From NCBI RefSeq assembly GCF_009914755.1, contig NC_060947.1: DNA of 64,000 nt; one strand, 5' to 3'. The translations under genes and the position numbers were made by a program. The number at the start of each line of letters is the position of its first letter. The stretch's first letter is position 1. The notes beneath the pieces are model-generated. The model searched no databases. It had not been told where the DNA came from and was given only the letters and a program-made list of their open reading frames with translations. Positions 45,095-57,929 of this stretch are shown here, one piece after another. This DNA comes from the human T2T-CHM13v2.0 reference genome, Homo sapiens.

Positions 45095-45897
45095 AATAGT
45101 CCACCTTATCTGGGGGGATACATTCCAAGACCCCCAGTGGATGCCTAAAACCATGGATAGTACCAAACCTGTACAGTTGGCTCTCTGTATCTACAGGTTC
45201 CACGATCTCAGATTCAAGCAACCTTGGATCAAAAATTTTGGGAAAGCAATAAAAAATAACAATATAGCAATAAAAATAATAAAATTAAAACAGAGTATAA
45301 GTACTGTTTACCTAGCATTTATATTGCATGAGATACTATAAGTAATCTAGAGATGATTTAAAGTATATGAGAGGACGTACATAGATTATATGCAAATATG
45401 ATGTTATTTTGTATAAGGGACTTGAGCATCCATGGATTTTGGTATCTTTGCAGGGATCCTGGAACCAATACCCTGAAGATACTGACAGAGAACTGTATAT
45501 ACTTTATTTTTTCTTACACATACATACCTTTGGTAAACTTTATAACTTAGGCACAGTAAGAGATTAACAGCAATAGCTAATAATAGAACAATTAAGTAAA
45601 ATAAGGATTACTTGAACACAAGCACTGTGATACCGTGACAGTCAATCTGATAACCAAGACAGCTGCTGAGTGACTAACAGGTGAGTAGTGTATACAGAGT
45701 GGATAGGCTGGACAAAGGGATGATTCTTGTCCCAGGAGAGACAGTGGGAGATTTCATCGTGCTACTCAGAACAGCCCACAATTTAAAACATGAATTGTTT
45801 ATTTTCTGGGATTTTCCACTTAATATTTTTCTTCCACAGTTGACCATAGTTAACTGAAACTGTGAAAAACAAAACAGCAGATAAGAGGAACTACAGT
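45095..45897. mobile_element. MER44 (Tigger7-derived) with a nested Tigger3a-like element
   Basis: tagtccaccttatctggggggatacattccaagacccccagtggatgcct.. resumes after 45497 and ends gataagaggaactacagta. Confidence 0.82.
45174..45495. mobile_element. Tigger3a/MER2-group MITE
   Basis: TIRs cagttggctctctgtatc / gatactgacagagaactg, flanked by TA at 45172-45173 and 45496-45497. Confidence 0.85.
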
Positions 45898-46019
45898 ATT
45901 AAAAATTTTTTAAAGTCAAGAAAATCTTTTCTATAACCACACTGTTCAGAGAGGGCTAAAGTAGCACGTTCACAATGTTGTCACTGAAACCGTCACTCTT
46001 TCTCCGTGTGTAATCAGCA

Positions 46020-46185
46020 GACCTCTGCAGCAGAATTATCTGAGGCTGCTTTTTAGTAAATCTGATTTCCTGGCTCCCACCTCAAAACTACTAAACTAAA
46101 ATTGACAAGAGTGGGGCCTAAGAATATGAATTTTTAATAAGCTCTCCAATAACTCCTATGTCACTAAGTTCTGAAAAATACTGGA
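46020..46185. mobile_element. MER5A/B fragment
   Basis: cagaattatctgagg..ctgatttcctggctcccacc..gtggggcctaagaatatgaatttttaataagctctcc. Confidence 0.6.
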
Positions 46186-48010
46186 TAATTCAGAGGCAAA
46201 GAGAAATTTCTTGAGGGAGGAGTGGAAAGACTAAGACTTTGAACTCCCATCTCACCTTCCAGAAGTCTAGATTTCATTGCCTTTCTGGCATTGATGCCCA
46301 TAAGCTTATTACTTTAGATGGAGACTGAAAAGTTTTAGTCATTCTTAAGTGTCTGGCTGGAGGGTGATCGGCAGAGTGATTAAACCAAAAGAGGTTATAA
46401 TTCATCCTTCAAATCTGTGGTTAAAGGCATTCTGCTGCATAACTTTTCACCTGTGAAATACTCCAAAGCTTTTAAAATCATCTTTTACTAAGGGGAAATT
46501 CCAGCTTCCTAGCAAAATAGATGGCACTTTTATCCCTCATTTCTCTTGCTTTTTCAACAAATATGTTAAAAAACAATTACATTTCAGAGTGCAATTTTCA
46601 TTCCCTTTTTATTGTGGAATCGTGGCAGGGTTTTATAATCTGCTTAAAACACCTGGACTTAACACAACATAGGGCAATTATAAGGGTCTTCAATATAGTG
46701 TGATTATGGTTTTTAAGATCTGAGGTTATTTTTGAAAGAAAACAGAAGTTCCTGTGTTTAGTAAGCAAATAGAAAAACCAAGATAGTGTCAACCGAGGTC
46801 AAAGGGAAAAGAGGAAAGGATCAAGACTCACTAGGATGATCTTAATATCTAGTATATTGCCTGTCAGTCAATTGGCACTCAGTAGAGATTTATTGCATGA
46901 GTTGAATGAATGAATGAATGGACATTATGTGCTTTATATTTGGAATTGATAGAGTCCCACTTTTGAGCGGGTAAATGAGTATGTTCTGTCCTATGGGAGC
47001 CCTCGTTTCACAGTTTCTCCTTCATTTAACCAAATGTTCTGGGATGGAAAAACCTGCTGATTGCGAAGTTGCAGAATAACGTCCAGGCTGAGATAGTGTC
47101 CTGGATGGTCTATCAGTGGGCCCCTGCCTGTGGCTCCCTCTGTAAGCATGCTCTTCTCCACCCCATCCTTTACCCCACAACTCACTTCTCAGATTTTCCA
47201 GTTTTCTTAGCCTACTCATCTATATTGCTTCCCAGAGTGCTACTCGACTCTGGATGCTTCTCTACTGACCCCTCAAAGGGATGCTTTTGAAAATCATACC
47301 AGATAAGTGAATGAGGAGTAGAAGCTATAACCATGAAATGAACCACTTTGATCTGGAAAAATAAATCCAACACAGCAAAAACTGACAGGCACCTGCTCAT
47401 GAACAGCAGTAGCAGTGCTGTGGATCTGCTTGCTAGCTGTTTCATCTGCTGAGGGAATTGTTTTAATTTTGCAGGCTGTGGCAGACCTGGGGAAACATAC
47501 TATAATATGCAAAGCACAGACCCCGATTAATATTTCACCCATTGCATGTGGCTTGATGGCGTTCCTGACTTGTTGCAATCATAAGTGTGAAACTCTGGGG
47601 GTTTCAGTTAAATTATTTCATAACATGTAGCCTAATATTTTTGTGCCCTAACCTCACCTTCTATTAAAATAATTTTAGGGTATTGCTTGTATACAGTGAC
47701 ACTATACATATTATATAAACTGTGTTTTATTTACAAAAGGTTTTTTAAAAGTGTAAAGACATCCCATACCTGTTTGTTGTGGTTATTGCTTTTAAAGATC
47801 AATTTATGTTTGATAAATAACCAATAAGCCCACAGTTCTGTATAAGGAAAGTATTCACACTATGAAATCACATAAAGGAAAGGGAAACAAGGTCAGCAGT
47901 TAATGCAACACACATATAAGCTGAAGGCTGATCTTGAGTGAATGGTTTGTACTGGTAGGTGAAGGGTGAGAGGGTGCAGAAATGACTGTGATTGTTATGA
48001 ATTACTAGAT

Positions 48011-48981
48011 TGTAGTAAACACTATTGAGGTCCTTCTCATACCTCCCACCCATACTGCCTGTAGTGGATAGAATAGTGGCCTCCCAAAAGATATGTCCAT
48101 GTCCTAACCCCTAGAATGCATGAATGTGACCTTGTTTGACAAGAGTCTTTGCAGATGTAATTAAGTGAAGGATCTTGAGATGAGATCATCCTGAATTTAG
48201 GGTGGACCCTAAATCCGATGATAAGTATCCTTAGAAGAGAAGGGGAGAAGATACAGAGACATGAAAGAGAAGGCGATGTGAAGACAGAAGAAGAAATTAG
48301 AAGGATGTAATCACAAGCCAAGGAACCTCAAAAATGCCTTGAGCCACCAGACGCTTTAAGAAGCAAGAAAGAATTCTCCCCTAGAGCCTCCAAAGGGATC
48401 ATGGCCCTGATGATACCTTAATTTCAGACTTCTGGCCTCCAGAGCTGTGAGAGAATAAATTGTTGTTGCATTTAAGCCACACAGTTTGCGGTAATTTGTT
48501 GTGGCAGCCCCAGGAGACTAAGGCACCACCTCAGCGTATGCAGGCTGGCCTGACTTCCAGCTGCCAGAAACTGCATTTCTTTACCCCAGGCTTCCTCTGG
48601 CTGCCAAGACCTACTCTGCCCACTTATTGAACAAGCTAGGCTGATTGTGCTGAGAAATTAGTGTCCCTGCCTCAGCAGCTCTCATGTTAAGGACTGACAG
48701 GGGGAGGCAGTGTATACCGACATTAACCCCCTTGCCCCTTGGGTGGGGTAACTGCAGCACTCATCCTGTGCTGACTCCTGGGATTTAGCTCCAGCTCTTC
48801 ACAGTGTTCACTAACTGGACAAACTCTGTACTGGCTTCCCAGTACAGAGTCTTGTCTTTCACAGTTTCAATTGCCCACTCCCATACTAGTTTTTGCTGGA
48901 ATAATCTGCCAAATAAACTATTTGTATTTCAATACTTGTCTCAGGATTGATTGGCTTGAAGGGGGAACCCAAACTATAACA
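48011..48981 (+). mobile_element. LTR16-family (ERVL) LTR interrupted by MLT1C
   Basis: tgtagt start; acttccagctgccag; ccaaataaactatttgta..ttgtctcagg..ggggaacccaaactataaca end; flanks tagat/taaat. Confidence 0.75.
48060..48525 (+). mobile_element. MLT1C solo LTR
   Basis: gaatagtggcctcccaaaagatatgtccatgtcctaacccc..gagaataaat..ttaagccacacagtttgcggtaatttgtt; 466 bp; flanks ctgcc/ccacc. Confidence 0.9.
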
Positions 48982-49974
48982 TAAATATAAAAGGACATTA
49001 CAGATCATCCTGATAGCTTAGAGGAAGTACCCAACTCAGTGATGTGAGGCCTTGGGCATTTTCCTGGGCTGTTTTATGAGAGTTGTCTGATTCGACCTTA
49101 TACCAACAGAAATCTGCTGTAATTAAAAGTGATCTCTCTAGTTATATATTTATCCACAATCTCTTTTAGAAAAGGATTTAAGGTAGCATTAGAATTATGA
49201 TATTTAATATATCATGTCACATTCTTTTATTCTCTCCACTTCAAAAACATTGTGATGATTTGATAACAAGTAAAAATATCAATTTTCCAGATATTCTATT
49301 TCAACTTTCCCATTATTTGTTTTCATTTAGTATGTTCTCCCCTTTTTTATTTCCCATAGACATGTTCTCTGCTTTCATTTAAACAAGCAAACCATAAATC
49401 TTCAAGTGAAGGAAAATGTGAATATTTTCTCTTATGATAGTTTTTATTGAATGTAAAGCCTGGTCTCATATTAAAAAGCGCTGTAAGGAATGCTTGCTTG
49501 TTTGATGTTTGTTTTAAATGGTTGAATAAATCTTCTCCAAGTTTTGACAAAAAGTTTTGAAGCCACTGACTTCCTTATTCTTTTTATCTCTTTTCAAAAC
49601 ACTGAGGAGATGGTCTGAAGGTGAAGTAAAGCAGGTTTACAAACAAAGGGAAAAAAGCTTTACAGTATTTTAAAAATCAAACCTTTTGAATGTAGGTAAG
49701 CTCTGGTGCAGCCAACATGTTTTAATCACAGAATTATCTGGAAATAACTGAACAGCCAATTCTCTGTAGAAAGTGTTATATTTGACCTTTTAAAAAATGT
49801 ACTGCCCATGCTGATGACTTTTTTCCTTAAGAAAATGTAGGAAATTATGACAAATAAATAGGCTGTTTCAAGTTTCTTGAGAAAGAGGGCATCTGGCTGT
49901 GGGAAAGATTGCTAAAGTCAAGAATAAGAAATGACGATTTTGCTCCTTGCAAAAGTAGCAGACTTCCTTTAAAT

Positions 49975-51116
49975 ATTTTTTTAAATTTATTTTTAATTTT
50001 TGTGGGTACATAGTAGTTGTTTGTATTTATGGGATACATGAGATGTTTTGATACAGGCATGCAATGTGAAATAAGAACATCATGGAGAATGGAGTATCTA
50101 TCCCCTCAAGCATTTATCCTTTGTGTTATAAATAATCCAACTATACTCTTTTAGTTATTTTAAAATGTACAATTAAGTTATTACTGACTATAGTCACTCT
50201 GTGATGCTAGTAAATAGTAGGTCTTATTCATTCTTTCTCTTTTTTTGTACCATTAACCATCCCTGCCTCCCCCACCAATCCCCCCACTACCCTTCCCAGC
50301 CTCTGGTAACCATCCTTCTACTCTCTATGTCCATGAGTTCAATTGTTTTAATTTTTAGATCCCACAAATAAGTGAGAACATGCGATGTTTGTCTTTCTGT
50401 GCCTGGCTTATTTCACTTAACATAATGATCTCTAGTTCCATCCATGTTGTTGCAAATGACAGGATCTCATTCTTTTTTATGGCTGAATAGTTCTCCATTG
50501 TGTATAAGTACCACATTTTCTTTATCCATTCATCGGTTGAGGGACACTTAGGTTGCTTCCAAATCTTAGCTATTGTGAACAGTGCTGCAACAAACATGGG
50601 AGTGCAGATATCTCTTCAATACACAGATTTCCTTTCTTTCGAGTATATATGCAGCAGTGGGATTACTGGATCATATGGTAGCTCTGTTTTTACTTTTGAG
50701 AAACCTCCAAACTGTTCTCCATAGTTGTGCTACTAATTTACATTCCCACCAACAGTGTACAAGGATTCCCTTTCCTCCACATCCTTGCCAGCATTTGTTA
50801 TTGCCTGTCTCTTTGATATAAGCCATTTTAACTGGGATGAGAAGACATCTCACTATAGTTTTGATTTACATTTCTCTGATGATCAGTAATGTTGAGCACC
50901 TTTTAATATGTCTGTTTACCATTTGCGTGTCTTCTTTTTAGAAATATCTATTCCAATCTTTTGCTCATTTTTTTAATCTAATTACTAGAGTTTTTTCCCT
51001 ATAGAGTTGTTTGAGCTCCTTATATATTCTGGTTATTAATCTCTTGCCAAATGGGTGGTTTGCATATATTTTCTCCCATTCTGTGGGTTGTCTCTTCACT
51101 TTGTTTATTGTTTCCT
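49975..51116 (-). mobile_element. L1MA1-3-like 3' end
   Basis: gggtacatagtag..gatgttttgatacaggcatgcaatg 3'UTR; ORF2 C-terminus [28 protein letters not shown]. Confidence 0.9.
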
Positions 51117-54100
51117 CTTTATTGTTACTCATTTCTTAACAAAATACTTTTGGGTTTATGCATTCAATCAAGAAATCTTTGTTTGAAGTTTCTTAGATCT
51201 TCAGAATGAAGTAGATAATTCTTCTTGCTTCCATGTATTAATTTATTATCATAAACAACATTCACTGGAAAAATATGAGCAAACTTTACATTAATATAAC
51301 TAGATAGTGTATTAACTTTAATCTTTAATAAAAATTTACAGAGTGGGACAGACAGAAAAGTGATAACGTTTGAATTGAAAGCTTATCCCTGTTTTTTCAT
51401 AGCAGGAAACAATGTATTTTTTATCAAAAGGAAGCCATTTGCTGACATGTGGATTTGTATGTGATTTTAAACATTGTTGAAAAGTGCAAAGTCTGGAGGA
51501 CAAATATCACATAAGAAAGAAATTAAACTGAGATATTTTGTATTGAAGTACAAAATCCAGGAATTAAGGAACTGATGGATCCAAGGACGAAGGCTATGTT
51601 AAGATTCCATTATTGTGCCAGTTTTTGAGGGAGGAAAAAAATCCCATCATCTAGATTTTATCATAAATGCTGGTGCAAATAAGTTTTCCGTTGAGGTTAT
51701 GAATTGGATTTAAAGTAGCACAAAGTACTTTATTAATAACTTTCAGACATTTTATTACTTTAAGTAGCAATCGGTCCAGACATCACACAAATAAAAAGGA
51801 AAGCTGCAGCATTTCTTTGCTGCAGAAGCAACTGTTGCACGTAATTTTTTTTCATTTCTAGACTAATCTACTGTCAGCATGCCTCTCTCAATGACTTCAC
51901 CATGATTTTTAATGGGTTTTGGATGGCTTCTTTTTACCTTTGTGACACAGTTTCAGGTGTAAGGATATAACACTTCTTCCCAATTATGCTTAGGAATGGC
52001 GAGGACTTATGGTCAATGGTAATTGAATAATTCATAGACTACATTGCAATGCATTATATGATATTCTTACACTGATCTGCCTACTCGTTGCTTATGCTCA
52101 GTAGAATCCTGACAGTTGTCTGCCTTTTCTGAATGGTTACTGGGCACTGCTGGGGTGTGTGTGAGAGGCAGTGTCAAGGTGACATGGTAGGGTGGTAAGA
52201 GAAAGCCAGAAATTCAGAAAGCTTTAGGGGTCTCAGCAAAGTGGGTTATCAGACCCTGGCTGTAGGTTTTAGGATATAAGGTCTCATCTGGCTATCTAGC
52301 TCAGCAGTCATAACAGTGGGATATTTACTATTCTTCACTCTGGGTTACCTTACCAGGAACTGTGTGCTAATCAGGACCCTCTCCTACTCAGACTCTAAGC
52401 TCAAGACTCCTAGGCATCATTCCTTGTTCACCAGCACAGGGGGGATCTGTGACAAATCTCTTCTGATAGTGTATCCTTCTCACATAGTGGTTTAGTTTCA
52501 AAGTTTTCGTAAAGAAATTTAAAAAGAGAGATAGTTCAAGCTTTGCCTACAAAAGAGATGGAACCACCAGTCTGTGTGAGGTGGATGCTGCAGGAACAGA
52601 ACTGGCAAGTCAAGATTTCCCACAGGGCTGGGTTGTTGTTGAAGTCATGTGTGAGGCAAAAGCTTCTTATCAGCACTCAACACAAAATCTTGCAGTTCAT
52701 ATTAAGAGCATGTGAGCTGAGAGTCACTGTCGTCCATGTCTGAATGGGACATTTTCAGAGATTCTGTCACCGTTTACCACTTTTCGGGGCTGTCCACGAA
52801 GAAGGAAAACACTGAACAGAAGAGTTAAACACTCATGTACGTGAAGTAGGCTTTAGCAGCTTGCAGTGAAAACCATCCGTCCTTGTCTTCATCACCAGCC
52901 TGCAGAAAAGAGTGGCAGGATGGAGACAGCAATGTTCTGCTGTCACCAGCTTTGCTTCTCTGCTATCTGCCATGGCTGAGCCTCGCAAACATTACAGCAG
53001 AGTTCTAGACACAGTTCGTGCACTTAGAATGGCTGCTGGGGAAGTGTTGGTTACAATAAGAAAAAAAAAAAGCAGGATGGAGATTTTTATCAGGGCTTCT
53101 CTAGTCAAGCAAATGTGTTTGTAAAGAGTGATTGGTTTTAGAGGCTGTGTGAGACACCATCATTTAAGGTATTTCCAGACACAAACTAGATGATAGCTTA
53201 CATAAGTCAAATACACATGAATCTTTTTCCTGCTACAGATTTAAGCCTTTTGACACTAAAGACATCAATACTTGTGTTTGGTGAGAGATATTCTGTCTAC
53301 AGGATGAGTGATTTATGGCAACTCTATAATCCCACAAAGCCCAAGCAATGTCTTCTGTATTCCTTGTGGAACTGGGCCCCCAATATAGATTATAAAGAGC
53401 AGAAATTATATCAATTTGTCAGACTGTACCCATTGCAGCTTTCTATGACAAGGCTCCAAATTATATTTATCCCTGGGGTCAACTGAGATGAACTCTTTTT
53501 AACTTCATTAAAGACTGTATAATTCAATGTATAATTTTCAAAAAGTTAGAAGCATGACTCTCGTATGCACATAGTATGAGCACATGCTCAAAATTTATTA
53601 ACTCATTAATGAAGAAATCTGTAACATGGTAAAACTGGTTGAAAAAGTATTTTGAGGGCCTGAGTATTTATAGACATTAAAAAAAGAATATTAAAATAAA
53701 TTGCTATTAGATACAATCCTGACTTATATCCTACAGGACAATAAAAATCCATAAGCTTTGAAAATTTTTTTCAACTGTATAGAAATTTTTTGCATCATTA
53801 CTGGAAAAGATCTGCAAGTCAACATGTAACTTCACAGAATCTGAGCCAATAATTAACAGTAAATAGCAAAGTCAAACAAAGGTACATTCCTGTAGATAAT
53901 TAGACAATTCTTGGTGAGCTAGTTGTAATATGACATTGAAAGGACATTATTTCTAAGTTTTAGACGTTTTTAACACCTTGTGTTCCATTTAGTAATATGA
54001 GCCTAGGTTTCATTTTCTCCTGCCCCAGTTTGATTTAAGGCCCCCAGACTCTACAAAATATTCACTTTCCTCTCTGCCAACAGGAATTTCAGGGACTTAC

Positions 54101-54299
54101 TAGGAGGGGAACAGATCACCTTTTTGTCTGACTGCAGCTCTATTTGGTGGGTGCCTTGCCTGCCACTCTGCCCCTCTGACCATCACAGTCTCTAAGTCTC
54201 TATTGTTGCTCAGCTGCTCATGGAGTGTCTGCAGCCTCCATAGGTCATTACCTTTGGTGTACTAGAGCCCTCAGCCCTGCTGTAGAGTGAATGGTAGTA

Positions 54300-55049
54300 T
54301 TTTTTTTTTTTTTAGCAACTACACACAGTAGTAGGTTTATTGCAACCAATACTGATGTTGGCTGAGCACCACCACCTCTTTTTGCCCCAATGGGTAAATG
54401 ACCACCAAGGGTGGGAGTCAGTCTGGGCTCTCCGAGGAGCCTGTGGGCCGCCTGGCAGGGGGACAGGGACATGAATGAACATGCTTGCAAAATGATTCTG
54501 GAGTCACAGAATATCATCCAGTTTGGTAGTTTTGAAATCTTTTAAACAAGCACTTTTTTTTTTCCTAAAGCAACCTCACAGAGACTCCCGATGTCCAAAG
54601 TGCACAGGGCAGGCAGGGCTGGTCAGGTGGAGGCCTTAGCTTTCATTCACTGGAGCAAGGACTGATGTCTAAAGCTCAGCAAGCAGCCTACACAGTCGGC
54701 GGGGACCTGTGGCTCCCTCCCCAGATGGGGCACTCTGCCTCTATTAAAGCAGCCCACGTCCCCGTCTACTTGTCAGGCAGCTGTGCCACGGCGCTGAGGT
54801 CAAGCAAGGCCCCAGGGCCTTTGCAGAAGGCTGCTGCCTGGTGCCACCTCCCCAGCTCGTTCCCTGACAGCTGGGCGTGGATAGCTGTGTAGCCCCCGCC
54901 CTTCTCTGTGGATGGCCCACTGCCCATCTGGACACCCTTCCTATGCCAGCTGATCCCCTAAGCCCTAGGCTTCCATCATATCACTGACCAAAGCATAGGG
55001 CAGTTTGAGTGGGGGTCAGAGGCCTGGGGGGTCTCTGGCTGGAAGGACT
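54300..55049 (-). pseudogene. Probable processed retrocopy of an mRNA 3' end (source unidentified)
   Basis: T14 at 54300-54313; AATAAA on the minus strand ~22 nt upstream of the poly(A); GC-rich body; candidate TSD tggtagt(a/c)tttt at 54292 and 55050. Confidence 0.55.
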
Positions 55050-55073
55050 TGGTAGTCTTTTCTAAGGTGGGTC

Positions 55074-55281
55074 TACACTGTGCTGATAAATGTTTAACAA
55101 TTGGTTCTACAAAAAAAAGACCCTGAATGATTTGTAACATTTGCCAGTTTCCGTGGTGTAAATACTTCCACCATGGTCAATTTCAAGCTGCCAACATGAT
55201 GTTTACCAGCTAGCAAAAATTCCTGAAAATGTAACAATCAATTCTGGCAAGGCAATGTAAGCTAGCTTCTGCGCACCACTG
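55074..55281. mobile_element. MER63A-like hAT MITE
   Basis: tgtgctgataaatgtttaacaa..ccgtggtgtaaatacttccaccatgg..gcgcaccactg. Confidence 0.8.
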
Positions 55282-56689
55282 GCTGGAGAGCAAGGTGGGA
55301 TGCCTCCCACTACTGGGATGGGAGAAGAGATGAACACTATTCTAGAATCTCACAGCAGTGCTCCTGAGGCTGTTCCAAGGGTTTTCGTAAAAAAACAAAA
55401 AACAAAAACCTCTCAGCATTTTTCCTTACAGCTTCCAGGTTTTGCTCAGTAACCCAGTAGGAAAGCTTCAGTCATTGTAGGGAAAGAGGCAGTTCCAGTG
55501 GGATCCACAGCAATCCTGTTGCTGGTTTGCCTAGACTGGCGACTGCTTGATTCATGGCTGAGTCTTGAGAAGCACATGGAAAGCCATAATAACAAAAATG
55601 CTTAGAGCTGATTCACCAAAATTTTGAGAAACAAAGCCTCAGGAGCTCTACTGTGGGGTCCTTGAGCAGTTGGATTTTATTTTAACTTGTTTGGAACTGT
55701 TATAAACTATACAAGTTTAAGTGTGTACAATCCAAATACAAAGAAATATACTCAGTATTCTGCCTTAGATAAAGGTGAGAATCACATATCTGGGAGAAGG
55801 CTTAGAGGCTACCTATTTGCGAGAGGGCTGGGACACTACCACACATTTATGTCTTGCTGTTATATTCAATATCCAAACTCTTGCCAATTCCGAATAGCCA
55901 ATAGATTTTTTTCCTCCATTGATACAGCTAAAATTGACCAACCTAAGAATTGTCTGTCAACCTTCATCTTTCCTGAGGAATTGCTCATTCAGGATCCTGT
56001 TTCACCACATCACCTAGAGCATTTTATTTCCTAGGACCTCTTCATTATCCTTTACATACTTCTTGAGTGTTGTGACCACAGCTCTACATAGTGTCTCAGG
56101 TGTGCCCACATTGCGTTTGGTACAAAGAAATAATTTCTGATTTATTTTACATACATCTTCAGAGGCCTTCAAGTATTTTGCTGGTTTCTTTTGTCTGTAG
56201 AGCTGTGCCAAATCAATGTCGTCAGGAATTCAACCAGATATCTGCATGCTTTGGAGATTTCCCATTCATTTCACCTCTCACATGGACAGGGACCTAACCA
56301 ATGTCCGTACTAGCCCATTTGGGGCCTTTGTCCAAAACAGAAAGATGCTCTTTTCTATAAGTGAAAGTAGCCCTGCATCAGGGCACAACACTTGTTGAGC
56401 AGAACATGAGCTGGACTTCAGTATTGATTCCTATGGCATCTGACTGCATTCACCTTCCCACCCGGAGCAATGCTGATCGTCCATCCCTATGCCTTGTCTA
56501 TTGACTCTAAACTAGACCTTAGCCTCTACAAGAGTCCCTGAAAACAGAAATATATTCAGATACTCTCCTGAGAGATGCTACAAGGGCATTTATTCCCATT
56601 TATTTCATTGGGAAATGAAGTAGGCTGAGCATTAGCCCCATGTGGCTGAGATACCCATCTATGTCCCCATCCCAGACCTCTAAAATAAT

Positions 56690-57580
56690 TTTAATGAAAA
56701 CTACATGACCTCTAGAATGTTTTTAAGCTGACATGTGAAATGTTTCATCTAAAACTTAAATAGCTGAAAGTACGTAATTTGTGGTATATTATAAACATTG
56801 ATATTGAAAAATATAACTCTTACATCACCCTTTTGAATAAATCTAAGGGAATCTAAATATCATAGTGATTTGATACCAGCTATCACCATTAAAAAATACA
56901 TGAACAAGCTCTTCTGTAACAGACAGAAATTTTAAATCCTTGATTTATCTCATTGTACTCCTTTTTCATTCTGCTTCCCTTGCAGAATTTAATTCTAACC
57001 TAATGTATTTTTATGTATGAAAGAATTTTATTCATCATTGTATTATACTTCTCTACAACAAAATATATATATATAAATTGACATTATTATTATTTACATT
57101 TCCTGTGACTATAAGGCTCCAAGTGCTTAAAATGTCTTCTGGATTGAGTTACTGTTACAAAAATTAGCTATTCCAAGCTGATTACAATAGTATAAATATA
57201 TTACAAATTTTGATAATCATTAAGCATAAAAAGTAAAATTTTATTGAAAATACATTTCTTAATAAAAAATGGGGATCTTTAAAAATATTTCATGTATCTG
57301 TGGATGAATATTTTTATTGCTAAAATAAAACAGAGCTTAGTATAATTTTATTCCTATTTTTAAAAAAGATGTGAGCCATAAATAAGAAGATGAAAGGAAG
57401 AGGTTTGCTTTATCGGCTTTACTCAGTTGTTTAAACTCCTTGCAAGTTACATACCAAAAAATCACAGGGAAATCTCCTTCCAAATGTAATCTTAAATGAT
57501 CTATCAGCTGACAACTCAATAATCTGATAAAAGCTGGAACCACTTAAGTTGCAAAAGTTTTGTGACCCCGTCTTGAGAGT
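56690..57580. mobile_element. Probable ancient hAT-Charlie DNA transposon remnant
   Basis: AT-rich block containing ggaatctaaatatcatagtgatttgatacc..aaaaaatacatgaacaagctctt, recalled from Charlie-type consensuses; boundaries uncertain. Confidence 0.4.
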
Positions 57581-57929
57581 CTTTTGCTTTCTCAACACCA
57601 ATTCCACTTATTTTGAATTGTACCTTTGTTTGGCGTTTGGAGATTTTCACACCCCAGGGTAATGCACTAGCGTAAGATTCAGGAAAGTAGGAAAGAAGAA
57701 AGAGAGATACTCCTTTATTCTATAAAGCAGGGAGAAGCAACCATGAAAGGGGAGGCGGGAGAGGGAGATAACTTGCATCACAGGCATGTTCCCAAGCAGA
57801 TCACATTTGGAAAAATTGAGGACTTGAACATTGTTCTCCTTAAAATCCAGCTGTGTCCACATAGCTCATGGAATGTCTTCATGTGTCCCCAAGATAAGTA
57901 CCAGTTTGAAGACCATTGTACCTGCTACT

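Noticed and set aside
51804-51825. 8-bp inverted repeat ctgcagca/tgctgcag
   Set aside because: Too short to exceed chance expectation.
54520-54660. Faint resemblance to a MER117/hAT fragment
   Set aside because: Similarity too weak to call; it lies inside the candidate retrocopy.
56014-56297. Short ORFs and acceptor-like sites on both strands near 56200
   Set aside because: Non-ATG starts, no matching strong donor and no homology.
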